NCBI GenBank assembly: GCA_963803085.1
Contig: CAWDLE010000033.1
Span: 71,597-135,596 of the forward strand
Reading direction: 5' to 3'
DNA from: an uncultured Thermoleophilaceae bacterium
GTDB taxonomy: Bacteria > Actinomycetota > Thermoleophilia > Solirubrobacterales > Thermoleophilaceae
DNA length: 64,000 nucleotides
Shown here: positions 54,717 through 63,322 of the stretch, in pieces
Position numbering within the stretch: the first letter of the stretch is position 1
Layout: each line of letters starts with the position of its first letter
Position numbers and translations under genes: made by a program
The notes under the pieces: model-generated
The model's database searches: none
Seen by the model: only the letters and a program-made list of their open reading frames with translations
What the model was told of the DNA's origin: nothing

Positions 54717-55420
54717 AGAGCCTCCGTCAGCTTGTAGCCGACACCGCGCACATTCACCACCCACGGCCGCGACGACGGCCGCAGCTTCTTGCGCAGCCTG
54801 CACGCGTGCGCGTCGAGCGTGCGCGTGTTCCCGATCGAGAGGTAGCCCCAGACGTCGCGCAGCAGCTCGTTCTTCCCGTACACGCGGGTGGGCTCCTCCG
54901 CGAGCGCGTGGAGCAGCGCGAACTCCTTCGCCGCCAGCTCGACCTTCTTCCCCGCCAGGCGGACCGCGCGGGTGCTCGGATCGACGGTGAGCTCCCCCAC
55001 CCGCAGCAGCCCCTGCCGGCGCCTCCCCTCCGCGCGCCGCAGCACCGCCCGCACCCGCCCGAGCAGCTCCGCGTACAGAAACGGCTTCAGCACGTGATCA
55101 TCCGCCCCGCGGGCGAAGCTGCGCACGCGGTCCGCCTCTCCCGCGCGGCCGGTCAACACGATCACCGGCAAGTCCGGATCGAGGCGCGAGGCCAGGCCGT
55201 CGGCTGCGCGCAGGCGGTCGAGCAGGTCGAGTCCGCTGCTGTCCTCGAGGGCGAGATCGAGCACCACGAGGTTCGGCTGACGTACCTCGATCGCTCGCAA
55301 GCCCTCCCCCGCGCTACTCGCCCCCGCGACCCGAAAGCCGTCGGCCGCCAGATTGTCGAGCAGGAACTTGCGAGTGGCCTCGTCGTCCTCCACAACCAGG
55401 ATCAGGCGCTGGTCATCCAC
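54713..55420 (-). CDS. OmpR/PhoB family response regulator
   Basis: 235 aa with a receiver domain (VVEDDEATR, VVLDLALEDSSG, KP) and a winged-helix output domain (TLDAHACRLRKKL...VRGVGYKL). Confidence 0.92.
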   Translation of the reverse strand: MDDQRLILVVEDDEATRKFLLDNLAADGFRVAGASSAGEGLRAIEVRQPNLVVLDLALEDSSGLDLLDRLRAADGLASRLDPDLPVIVLTGRAGEADRVRSFARGADDHVLKPFLYAELLGRVRAVLRRAEGRRRQGLLRVGELTVDPSTRAVRLAGKKVELAAKEFALLHALAEEPTRVYGKNELLRDVWGYLSIGNTRTLDAHACRLRKKLRPSSRPWVVNVRGVGYKLTEAL

Positions 55421-55632
55421 ATCCCAAGAAAGGACCGCGAGCGAGAATCTCGCCCCGGGTGTCGGAGATCAGGAGGCGCACTCGCCAGCGGCGACGCGTC
55501 GCCAGCGGCATCGGACGACGGACCGCGCTCGCCTTGGCAGCGCCAGGGCGAGCGCGGTGGTCGCGGACGTTGCCACGTGCTTAGGTACGCCTGTGGCGCG
55601 AGCCCAGTGCCAGCAGCGCGTTCGACGGGCTA

Positions 55633-56394
55633 CTAGGAGATCTTGCGGCGGTAGGTGGCCATGGCGAAGGTGTACGCGACGATGAGGAGACCAACCAACC
55701 AGGCAAGGGCGATCCAGATGTCGGTGCCGACCGGCTGCTGTGTGAGCAGGTCGCGGATCGCGTTGACGATGGTCGTCACCGGCTGGTTCTCGGCGAAGGC
55801 GCGCACCGCGCCGGGCATGCTGTCGGTGGGCACGAATGCCGAGCTGATGAACGGCAGGAAGATGAGCGGGTAGGCGAACGCGCTCGCACCGTCTGCGGAG
55901 TTCGCGCTGAGACCGGGGATGACGGCGATCCACGTCAACGCCAGGGTGAACAGGATCAGGATGCCCGCGACCGCGAGCCACGCCAGCACTCCCGCCCCCG
56001 AGTGGAAGCCCATGAGGAGGGCGACGAGCACCACGACCACGACCGAGGTCAGATTGGCGACCAGCGATGTCAGCACGTGCGCCCATAGCACGGACGACCG
56101 TGCGATCGGCATGGACTGGAATCGCTCGAAGATGCCGCTCTGCTTGTCCAGGAAGAGCCGGAATGCGGTGTACGAAATGCCCGAGGCAATCGTGATGAGG
56201 AGGATGCCGGGCAGCAGGTAGTTCACGTACGAATCCGACCCTGTGTTGATCGCGCCGCCGAACACGTAGACGAACAGCAGCAGGAAGGCGATCGGCATGA
56301 TCGTGGTCGTGATGATGGTGTCCGGGCTGCGCGTGATGTGGCGCAGGGATCGTCCCGTCAGGGCGGTGGTGTTGTCGAAGAAATGGTTGGTCAT
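55633..56394 (-). CDS. ABC-2 type transporter permease
   Basis: 253 aa, six TM segments, located downstream of a DrrA-like ATPase. Confidence 0.88.
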   Translation of the reverse strand: MTNHFFDNTTALTGRSLRHITRSPDTIITTTIMPIAFLLLFVYVFGGAINTGSDSYVNYLLPGILLITIASGISYTAFRLFLDKQSGIFERFQSMPIARSSVLWAHVLTSLVANLTSVVVVVLVALLMGFHSGAGVLAWLAVAGILILFTLALTWIAVIPGLSANSADGASAFAYPLIFLPFISSAFVPTDSMPGAVRAFAENQPVTTIVNAIRDLLTQQPVGTDIWIALAWLVGLLIVAYTFAMATYRRKIS

Positions 56395-56403
56395 CGTTGT
56401 TCC

Positions 56404-57219
56404 TTACTCGTCCGTGCCGACGCTGACGGTCTTGCCGGCGTCGCCGTGTTTGCCGTCGTCGCCGACGATGGCGAAGAAGACGTCTTCGAGGGTCGGCTGC
56501 TTCTCGACGTATTCGACCTTGGCGGGCGGGAGCAGCTGCTTGAGCTCGGCGAGGGTGCCGTTCACGATGATGCGACCCTGGTGGAGGATCGCGATCCGGT
56601 CGGCGAGCTGTTCGGCCTCGTCCAGATACTGCGTCGTGAGCAGCACCGTCGTGCCGTGCTCCGCGAGGTCCTTGATGGTCTGCCACACCTCGATGCGCCC
56701 TTGGGGGTCGAGCCCGGTCGTCGGTTCGTCGAGGAAGATGACCGGCGGATTCCCGATGAGGCTCATCGCGATGTCGAGGCGGCGGCGCATGCCACCCGAA
56801 TACGTCGACACCTTCCGCGCGGCCGCGTCGGTCAGCGAGAAACGATCGAGCAGGTCATCCGCGATCGCAGCCGGGTCCTTGACCTGCCGCAACCGGGCGA
56901 CGAGCACGAGGTTCTCGCGCCCGCTCAGGATTTCGTCCACGGCCGCGAACTGCCCGGTGAGACTGATGGAGTCCCGCACCTCCGCAGCCAACGTGGCGAC
57001 ATCGAAGCCGTTGACGCTGACAGTCCCAGCGTCGGCCTTGAGCAGCGTCGACAGGATCTTCACGACCGTGGTCTTGCCCGCCCCGTTCGAGCCGAGCAGG
57101 GCGAAAATGCTGCCCCGCGGCACGTCGAAGTCCACGCCGCGCAGCACATCCAGATCCTTGTAGGACTTCTCAAGACCCTGCACGCGGATCGCAGGGCCCA
57201 GGGTCGCCTGGGTCGTCAT
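56404..57219 (-). CDS. ABC transporter ATP-binding protein (DrrA-like)
   Basis: 271 aa read from ATG 57219 with Walker A (GSNGAGKTT), signature (YSGGMRRRL) and Walker B (VIFLDEPT). Confidence 0.92.
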   Translation of the reverse strand: MTTQATLGPAIRVQGLEKSYKDLDVLRGVDFDVPRGSIFALLGSNGAGKTTVVKILSTLLKADAGTVSVNGFDVATLAAEVRDSISLTGQFAAVDEILSGRENLVLVARLRQVKDPAAIADDLLDRFSLTDAAARKVSTYSGGMRRRLDIAMSLIGNPPVIFLDEPTTGLDPQGRIEVWQTIKDLAEHGTTVLLTTQYLDEAEQLADRIAILHQGRIIVNGTLAELKQLLPPAKVEYVEKQPTLEDVFFAIVGDDGKHGDAGKTVSVGTDE

Positions 57220-57644
57220 GAGCGGACCTCCTCTGCTCGCTCGGCCTCCACGATCGCGTTGGTCAGGCGGGCGCGCTCCTTGTCGATCCACTGCGCGCCG
57301 CTGTAGGCCTGGGCGAACGTCTCGGCGAAGTCGACCGGGTCCTCTCCGACGATCGCGCGCACAGGTGTTCCGTCGCCAGCCGCGCGCTCCCAGAGATCGG
57401 CAAAGTCGCCCGTCATCTTCACGGCGGTGTCACCGTCGGTGACGCCCCCGTAGTACATGAAGTACCGCTGCAGAGCCTTCGCGACGGTGCCGTACGGCTC
57501 AGGCAGGGCCTCGATGCGGGCCTTGTACTGCTTGTACTGCTTCTTCTGTTCGAGCGAGCCGGTAACCAGCTCGATCCACTTCGCTGCCATTTCCTTGCCT
57601 CCTTCGTGAAGCTGTTCCAATCGTTCTGCTGGCATGGTCGACAT
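57216..57644 (-). CDS. DUF1048 family protein
   Basis: About 142 aa with EQKKQYKQYKARIEALPEPYGTVAKALQRY. Sits in the typical regulator-DUF1048-ABC arrangement. Confidence 0.75.
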   Translation of the reverse strand: MSTMPAERLEQLHEGGKEMAAKWIELVTGSLEQKKQYKQYKARIEALPEPYGTVAKALQRYFMYYGGVTDGDTAVKMTGDFADLWERAAGDGTPVRAIVGEDPVDFAETFAQAYSGAQWIDKERARLTNAIVEAERAEEVRS

Positions 57645-57648
57645 CGGC

Positions 57649-58143
57649 TCAGTCCTTTCCGGGGAGGTCGCCCGATGTGCGCAGGGCGTCACGGTGTGCC
57701 TCCCACTCCTCTTGCGCGGTGCGGGTCCGCTCGACCAGCCAGTCAGCGAACGCCTCCATCTCCATCAGGGTCGCCCTGCGCTCTGGCGGCGCATCCTTGA
57801 GCACCTCGAGGCCCTCCCTGGCCAGATCAGCCAACTCTTGGTACTCGGTGACATCAAAACCGCGTGACTGGGCGGAGGAGAAGTCCACGCGGACGCGATC
57901 CATCCGCTCTCCCGCCGCGCGCGAGCGGCGGATCGCGTGAATGCGCTCCAACACGTCCAGCGCCCCGGTGACCGCGCTGCGACTGGCCAGCAGCGCGTCG
58001 CTCAGCTCCGCGATCGTCTGGGCCGGCGGGTCGCACACGAGCAGGTAGCCCAGCACGCGACCGGCCATCGGCGGAAACGCGTAGCGGTTGGCGTAGTGGC
58101 GGCCCATGTGATCGGCGAAGGTGATCTCCTCATCTCGCGGCAT
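57649..58143 (-). CDS. GbsR/MarR family transcriptional regulator
   Basis: 164 aa with FPPMAGRVLGYLLVCDPPAQTIAELSDALLASRSAVTGALDVL, a winged HTH. Confidence 0.82.
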   Translation of the reverse strand: MPRDEEITFADHMGRHYANRYAFPPMAGRVLGYLLVCDPPAQTIAELSDALLASRSAVTGALDVLERIHAIRRSRAAGERMDRVRVDFSSAQSRGFDVTEYQELADLAREGLEVLKDAPPERRATLMEMEAFADWLVERTRTAQEEWEAHRDALRTSGDLPGKD

Positions 58144-58508
58144 ACGACAAACATAGCAGATCTCACGGAGATACCGGAAATTTATGTTATCTCAGCCGAT
58201 TGCGATTCTCTCGTTTGGCCGCCTCGTGCGAGGCACCGGGCCGAAGCTGCCTGCCCTCCCGGCGCGAGCGCTAGCCAGCGCGGTCGCCCCTCTCGCTCTG
58301 GACAAACTGCGGCGCTCTTGGCGGGCGAGTAGCTCCCGCCGCACCGGCGACCCCGACGACCCGGGCCCGTGACGATCCGCTTCGAGTGCCCCCGCTGCGG
58401 CAGCCCGCACCGCGTCCAAAGCTGCCCACGTCGCCAGCCTGACTAGCGCTCGGTGAGATCAGTCACACAGTCGCGCCAGCCCGCATCGCGTAAGTATCGT
58501 TTGTAGCG

Positions 58509-58631
58509 ATGAGCTTCGTAGTCGTCTTCTTCATGATCTTCTTCCTCCTGGCCCTGGTCGTCGGCCCGTTGCTCCGCATCGAGGACCGCCCGGCCTTCAA
58601 GTCGCCGGAAAAGAAGATTCGCTGGCTGTAG
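58509..58631 (+). CDS. hypothetical 40-aa hydrophobic peptide
   Basis: Own translation gives MSFVVVFFMIFFLLALVVGPLLRIEDRPAFKSPEKKIRWL. About 37 of 40 codons end in G/C, whereas the antisense frame is poor in GC3. No obvious SD. The ORF is below the track cutoff. Confidence 0.45.
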   Translation: MSFVVVFFMIFFLLALVVGPLLRIEDRPAFKSPEKKIRWL

Positions 58632-58735
58632 CCGGACACCGGCTCGACTAGGCCCGGCCCTGAGCGCCCTGCTGGCGCGGATCCGTTCAAAGCTGCCCCA
58701 AATGGCAACCCATGCCCGATAGGGCAGCAACGGGC

Positions 58736-59213
58736 ACCGCCACCACGCTTGAGCTGCTCACCGAAGCTGGGCGGCTCGCTGACAGGCTGGCCGACAGCGC
58801 CCTGGTGCAGGTCGACTCGCTCCGCGGGCCGACGCCAGTGCGGCCGCTTCTCGAGCACGTCCTTGAGCGCGGGCATCGATCTTCTCGCGATCGAGCGCGT
58901 GGTCCTGATCGCGCAGCTCCTCGAGGCTCGTGGCGATCCACAGGTCACTCGGCTCGGTCAGCTGTGCAGCGGCGATCCGCTCGACCTCGCGCCGGTCGTG
59001 GTCATCCAGGCGGCTCCGAAGCTGATCACGTTCGGCCTCGGTCTCACGTAACCGGCGCCTGTACCTGGCGGCTTCGGCGTTCGGGCTCTGGCTCTCAGGC
59101 TCGGGCTCCTGCGGCGGGACCGCGGTCTCCTGGGTCGCCGCAGCGGAGGCGGCCGCCGCCTCGGACTCCTGGGTCGGCTCTGCGGGCTCGGCCGTCTGCG
59201 TGGTCTCGGTCAT
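58736..59213 (-). pseudogene. actinophage head-scaffolding-like protein remnant (frameshift near 58880; natural stop apparently lost)
   Basis: Frame 1 (ORF 58758..59261, from ATG 59213) reads ...NAEAARYRRRLRETEAERDQLRSRLDDHDRREVERIAAAQLTEPSDLW...DREKIDA. Frame 2 (ORF 58463..58948) reads MPALKDVLEKRPHWRRP...SFGEQLKRGGG. The family assignment is from memory of actinophage scaffold proteins. Confidence 0.45.
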
Positions 59214-59402
59214 CGCGCACCTCGTGGGTGCTGGTCGTAACCCTCCTGGCGCCGGTGCCACGAGAACGTACCGCGAGCATCACCGCGTCAAGTTAGGCGC
59301 ACGAAGCGGCTAGGCGCCACTCCGGCAACCATGGTTTTCTCGCGGCGAGTCGTGCCCCTCCGGTGATCGACCGGAGCGGCGGCGGAGTACCGTTCAAGGG
59401 CC

Positions 59403-60155
59403 ATGCCCAAGGGGGAAGATCTGTGGGGCAGCGCTGGGGACGCCACTCGCGCCGAGGTGCGGGAGATCTTCGCCAGGGCTGCAACCCACGGGCCGCCCGG
59501 TGAGCCCGAGCGCCGGCGACCGCTCCCGGGTGTGCTGGGCCTGCCGCGAAGAGCGTGGCGCGGGCTTTCCCCGGGCTGGCGGCGGGTGGTGGTGGTGCTC
59601 GGCGTCCTGTCGCTGGCTGGCCTTGCCATCGCGATTCCGGCAGCGGTGCGCACCGGCTACGACGTGGCCGACGCCGCGCGGGAGGCGCGCGCGCGTGCCG
59701 AGGCGGCGCGACGGCGCGAGCTGATCGAGGACCAGCGACCGCGCAGCGTTTCGGTGGGGGCTGCGGTGGTAAACGACGTGCGACGCCTGGGCGGCCTCAC
59801 GAACCCGGCGGCAGCGGCGATCGTGGGCGCGCGGATGGAGGACGGGATCACGGCCGACGTCCAGAGCCGGATCCGCGCCGGCCTCCTGGAGGGTCCTGCA
59901 CCCGACACGGAGTGCCGACCGGTTCGCGACCGAGCGGCGCGCGAGGCGAGCTACAACTGCTTCACCCTCTCCGCCCGGCGGGATTTCGGGCAAAGTGTGT
60001 TGCCGCGCGCGCAGGGTGAGCTGTCGGTGGGCTACCGCTTCTCGGGCCGTGCAGACCTGGCGGCGGCGCAGCTGTTCTGGTGCAAGGAGAACCCGCAGCC
60101 GCTGCATCCCACGTCGATCGTGGTCAAGGTGCCGCTGTCGACGCGGTGCCGTTGA
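59403..60155 (+). CDS. hypothetical single-pass membrane protein with a Cys-containing extracytoplasmic domain
   Basis: 250 aa with a TM segment (VVVVLGVLSLAGLAIAIPAAV) and four Cys residues in the C-terminal domain. No recognised family. Confidence 0.6.
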   Translation: MPKGEDLWGSAGDATRAEVREIFARAATHGPPGEPERRRPLPGVLGLPRRAWRGLSPGWRRVVVVLGVLSLAGLAIAIPAAVRTGYDVADAAREARARAEAARRRELIEDQRPRSVSVGAAVVNDVRRLGGLTNPAAAAIVGARMEDGITADVQSRIRAGLLEGPAPDTECRPVRDRAAREASYNCFTLSARRDFGQSVLPRAQGELSVGYRFSGRADLAAAQLFWCKENPQPLHPTSIVVKVPLSTRCR

Positions 60156-60210
60156 GGAAGCCGGCCACCGCCCGCCGCGGTTTCCTCGAGAGCCACCAGC
60201 CGACCGACGC

Positions 60211-60600
60211 TCATGCGCCAACCGGGATGGGGCGAAAAAGGCTCAGCGGATGTGATGCCAAGGGCTTGCAGACGTGATCGTCAGCGCCGCGCGCGAAGCT
60301 CCGCACGCGGTCCGCCTCCGCCACTCGCGCGGTCAGCACGATCACCGGAAAGTCCGGGTCGATCCGTGACGCGAGCCCGTCCGAGGAACGCACGCGGTCG
60401 AGCAGATCGAGCCCACTGCCTCCCTCGAGCGCGAGGTCGAGCAGCACGAGGCTCGGCCGCCTCACCTCGATGGCACGCAACCCCTCGGCGGCGCTCGTCG
60501 CGCTCGCCACCCGGAAACCGTCCGCCGCGATGTTCTCGGCCAGGAAGGCCCGCGTGGCCTCGTCGTCCTCAACGATCAGGATCAGCCGTTGCTCGTCCAT
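60211..60600 (-). pseudogene. truncated paralog of the OmpR-family regulator (receiver domain only, broken right after the conserved K-P)
   Basis: Read from ATG 60600: MDEQRLILIVEDDEATRAFLAENIAADGFRV...GADDHVCKP, followed by an unrelated 14-aa tail. By hand alignment it is about 79% identical to residues 1-113 of the regulator at 54713..55420. DNA similarity stops at 60263/55083. Confidence 0.65.
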
Positions 60601-60643
60601 ACTTCGAACGTCACGGCGGGCCCTTTTTCGCCCCCCGGCCCTC

Positions 60644-61945
60644 CTACCTGGACTCGTCGAGCGCCGCCGCCCAGGCGCCCGCATGCAAGCCGGACTCGAT
60701 CGCCCCGTCGATGAAGCCCGCCCAGCCGTTCGCCAGGTCGGAGCCGGCGAGGATGACGTTGCCCTCGGGTCGGCGCATCGCAGCGTGATGGTGCTCGTAC
60801 CAGCCCGGGCGGTGGATCGCCCAGGTTCCGCGCGAGAACTCGTCAGCGAGCCAATCGTGCGCCGTGGCGGCCAAGACCTCGTAGCCGGGGAGGGTCTCGT
60901 CGAGACTGGCCTGCATCCCAGCTATGTCGGCCGGATCGCAGCGCTCGGCATCGCCGCCGAAGCCGATCATCAGCTGCGTCCCGTCATCGAGCAGGATCTC
61001 GCTGCTCAGGTAGCCGAACGGATGCCGGAAGCGGATCGAGTTCTGGCTCACGTCCTCGCCCCGGGCGTGGATCATCACCTTGATGCCCCGGCTGGCCTGG
61101 CCGAGGTCGATCGCTCTCTGCTTGTCCTCCGGGAGGGACGGGCTGAACTCGATTCCACCGAGCGCGTTCAACGCGACGGCGACGATCGCGGCACCCGCGA
61201 CGAACGTTTCGCCGGCGCGTGTGTGCACCTCCACCTGTCCGCCGTCCTGGACGACCGCCGCGACCGGCGTCGCAAGCCGCCGGTCGAACGCGGCGGCGTC
61301 GCCGATGGCCGTGAGCAGCGCTCCGGTGCCGCCGTCGATCGTCACCCGGCCTCCGGTGAACTGGGTGAGCTCCAGGCTGTAGCCCGAGAGCGCGTGCCAG
61401 CGCAGGATCGCCACGGCGCCCGCCTCGGAGAGCTGGCCGTGGGCGACCGACTCGAGCTCGGCGGCCAGCACGTCGCACTCCTCCTCCTCGAGCTCGAGCT
61501 CGGCGATCCGCTCGGCCATCGTCAGCCGATCGAACCGCGCGAGCTCGGGAAGCGCGGTGAGCGGAGCGTGCGGCTGGGGCAGGGCCTCGCGGACGCCCTC
61601 TACGAAACGGTCCCAGCCACGGCGAGCGATGGCGTCGCGTTCCTCGATCGTGCCCGTGCGGCGCTCGGCGCCGACGTGCCAATGAGCGCGACCGGCGTCA
61701 CCGCTGACGGTGACCGAAAGCCCGGCCCTGGTCAGCTCCGAGAAGGTGTGCGGCTGGTGCCAGTGCACCCATGCGCCCCCGTACTCGATCGGAAACCCGT
61801 TCCAGTCCGCACTCCACGTGCGACCCCCGAGCCGGTCACGGCCCTCGAGCAGCAGCGTCCGCCGGCCTCGCAGGGCGCACTCGCGGGCGGCGGTGACGCC
61901 GGCGAATCCGCCGCCGACGACGACGACGTCATAGCGCTTATCCAT
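60644..61945 (-). CDS. flavin-dependent amine oxidase (putrescine/polyamine oxidase-like)
   Basis: 433 aa read from ATG 61945 with the FAD fold (DVVVVGGGFAGVTAA) and an amino_oxidase-like C-terminus. The upstream part of the track ORF is antisense to the potD-like gene. Confidence 0.85.
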   Translation of the reverse strand: MDKRYDVVVVGGGFAGVTAARECALRGRRTLLLEGRDRLGGRTWSADWNGFPIEYGGAWVHWHQPHTFSELTRAGLSVTVSGDAGRAHWHVGAERRTGTIEERDAIARRGWDRFVEGVREALPQPHAPLTALPELARFDRLTMAERIAELELEEEECDVLAAELESVAHGQLSEAGAVAILRWHALSGYSLELTQFTGGRVTIDGGTGALLTAIGDAAAFDRRLATPVAAVVQDGGQVEVHTRAGETFVAGAAIVAVALNALGGIEFSPSLPEDKQRAIDLGQASRGIKVMIHARGEDVSQNSIRFRHPFGYLSSEILLDDGTQLMIGFGGDAERCDPADIAGMQASLDETLPGYEVLAATAHDWLADEFSRGTWAIHRPGWYEHHHAAMRRPEGNVILAGSDLANGWAGFIDGAIESGLHAGAWAAALDESR

Positions 61946-61999
61946 CGAAAGCAAACAAACGTACATTAGGCTGCCCGAGTCAGCTGAGAGGGAGTCGAG

Positions 62000-63322
62000 T
62001 TGGCCCATCCAAAGGATCGTTCCGGCATGACGCGCCGTCAGCTCGCCCGCGGGGCCGCGGGAGCGGTCGCGGGCGCGGGGGTCGTTGCTGGCCTCGCGGC
62101 ATGCGAAAACACGACCACTCCGGTGGGCGCCGAGGCGGCTGGCGCGACCGGCGCGGCCGCCGAGCTCGTCGTCCAGAAGCCGACCGGGCCAGGCGGTCTG
62201 CCGCTGCCCCGCACCGACAACTCCGTGACCTGGGCGATCACCGAGGAGAACAAGCCGATCAAGGACGGCCTCAAGCCCGAGCCCGGACCGCTGCGCATCT
62301 ACAACTACGCCGACTATCTCGACCCGGCCACCATCAAGCGCTTCCAGAAGCAGTTCTCGACCAAGGTCGAGATCGCAACCTACAACTCGTCCGACGAGGC
62401 GATCGCGAAGCTGTCGTCGGGCGCGGTCGACTTCGACCTGATCGTCGGGCTGACCGGCGCGAACATCGTCGACCTGATCGCGCACAAGCTGCTGGCGCCG
62501 CTCAACCGCTCGTACCTGCCCAACCTCGAGAAGAACGTGTGGGCGCCGCTGGTGGACCCGTTCTACGACCGCGACAGCCACTACACGGTCCCGTACGTCG
62601 TCTGGATGGACGGCATCGGGTGGCGCAACGACAAGGTGAAGGAGGACATCCCGGGCATGGATGTCCCCTGGGACATCTTCTGGCACGCCCAGGCCTACCG
62701 CGGCAAGGTCGGGATACTCGACGACCGGCGCGACGCGCTCAGCATGCCGATGCAGCGCGATGCGATGCAGAAGGGGACCCGGCCCGAACTGAACACCGAG
62801 GACGAGGACGAGGTGAACAAGGCCCAGGCCGAGCTCTCCGAGCTCAGCGGCATCTGCAACCCGAAGGTCACGATCACCGACTACCAAACGCTGCCCGAGG
62901 GCAAGACGGTCCTGCACCAGTCTTGGTCGGGCGACCTCTTGTCGGCGGCCTTCTATTACCTGCCGAAGGGCGTCAACGCCGACGTGCTGTCGTTCTGGGG
63001 GCCGGAGGAGAACGGCGTCGTGCAGAACGACTTCTTCTGCGTCGGGAAGACGACGAAGCGACCCGTGCTCGCGCACGAGTTCATCAACTTCATGCTCGAC
63101 GAGAAGAACGCGTACGACAACTTCGTCAACTTCACCGGCTACACGCCGCCCCAGAATGGGATTGACGCCGAGACGCTGATCAAGCAGGGCCTGATCCCGA
63201 AGACCCTGACGGAGGCCGTCGTGCGGCCGGACCAGTTCGCGGCCAACCAGGAGCTGCTTCAGCTGAGCGTCACCGGCCAGCGCTACTGGGACGACGCCTG
63301 GTCGAAGTTCAAGGCCGGCTGA
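62000..63322 (+). CDS. polyamine ABC transporter substrate-binding lipoprotein (PotD/PotF-like)
   Basis: 440 aa with a Tat-like signal and lipobox (MTRRQLARGAAG...VAGLAAC) and an SBP_bac_8-like body. An alternative start is ATG 62027. Confidence 0.85.
   Translation: MAHPKDRSGMTRRQLARGAAGAVAGAGVVAGLAACENTTTPVGAEAAGATGAAAELVVQKPTGPGGLPLPRTDNSVTWAITEENKPIKDGLKPEPGPLRIYNYADYLDPATIKRFQKQFSTKVEIATYNSSDEAIAKLSSGAVDFDLIVGLTGANIVDLIAHKLLAPLNRSYLPNLEKNVWAPLVDPFYDRDSHYTVPYVVWMDGIGWRNDKVKEDIPGMDVPWDIFWHAQAYRGKVGILDDRRDALSMPMQRDAMQKGTRPELNTEDEDEVNKAQAELSELSGICNPKVTITDYQTLPEGKTVLHQSWSGDLLSAAFYYLPKGVNADVLSFWGPEENGVVQNDFFCVGKTTKRPVLAHEFINFMLDEKNAYDNFVNFTGYTPPQNGIDAETLIKQGLIPKTLTEAVVRPDQFAANQELLQLSVTGQRYWDDAWSKFKAG

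Noticed and set aside
58144-58210. An AT-richer segment with a weak palindrome around AAATTT (GATACCGGAAATTTATGTTATC), considered as an operator for the GbsR/MarR-like regulator.
   Set aside because: Only about 5 of 8 arm positions are complementary. It is plausibly just the promoter region and there is not enough support for a site call.
58100-60700. A mobile element or prophage call for the compositionally odd patch.
   Set aside because: No integrase, transposase, terminal inverted repeats or tRNA target was found. There is only a scaffold-like remnant, one short direct repeat pair and a truncated regulator. These are reported as observations, not as a mobile_element feature.
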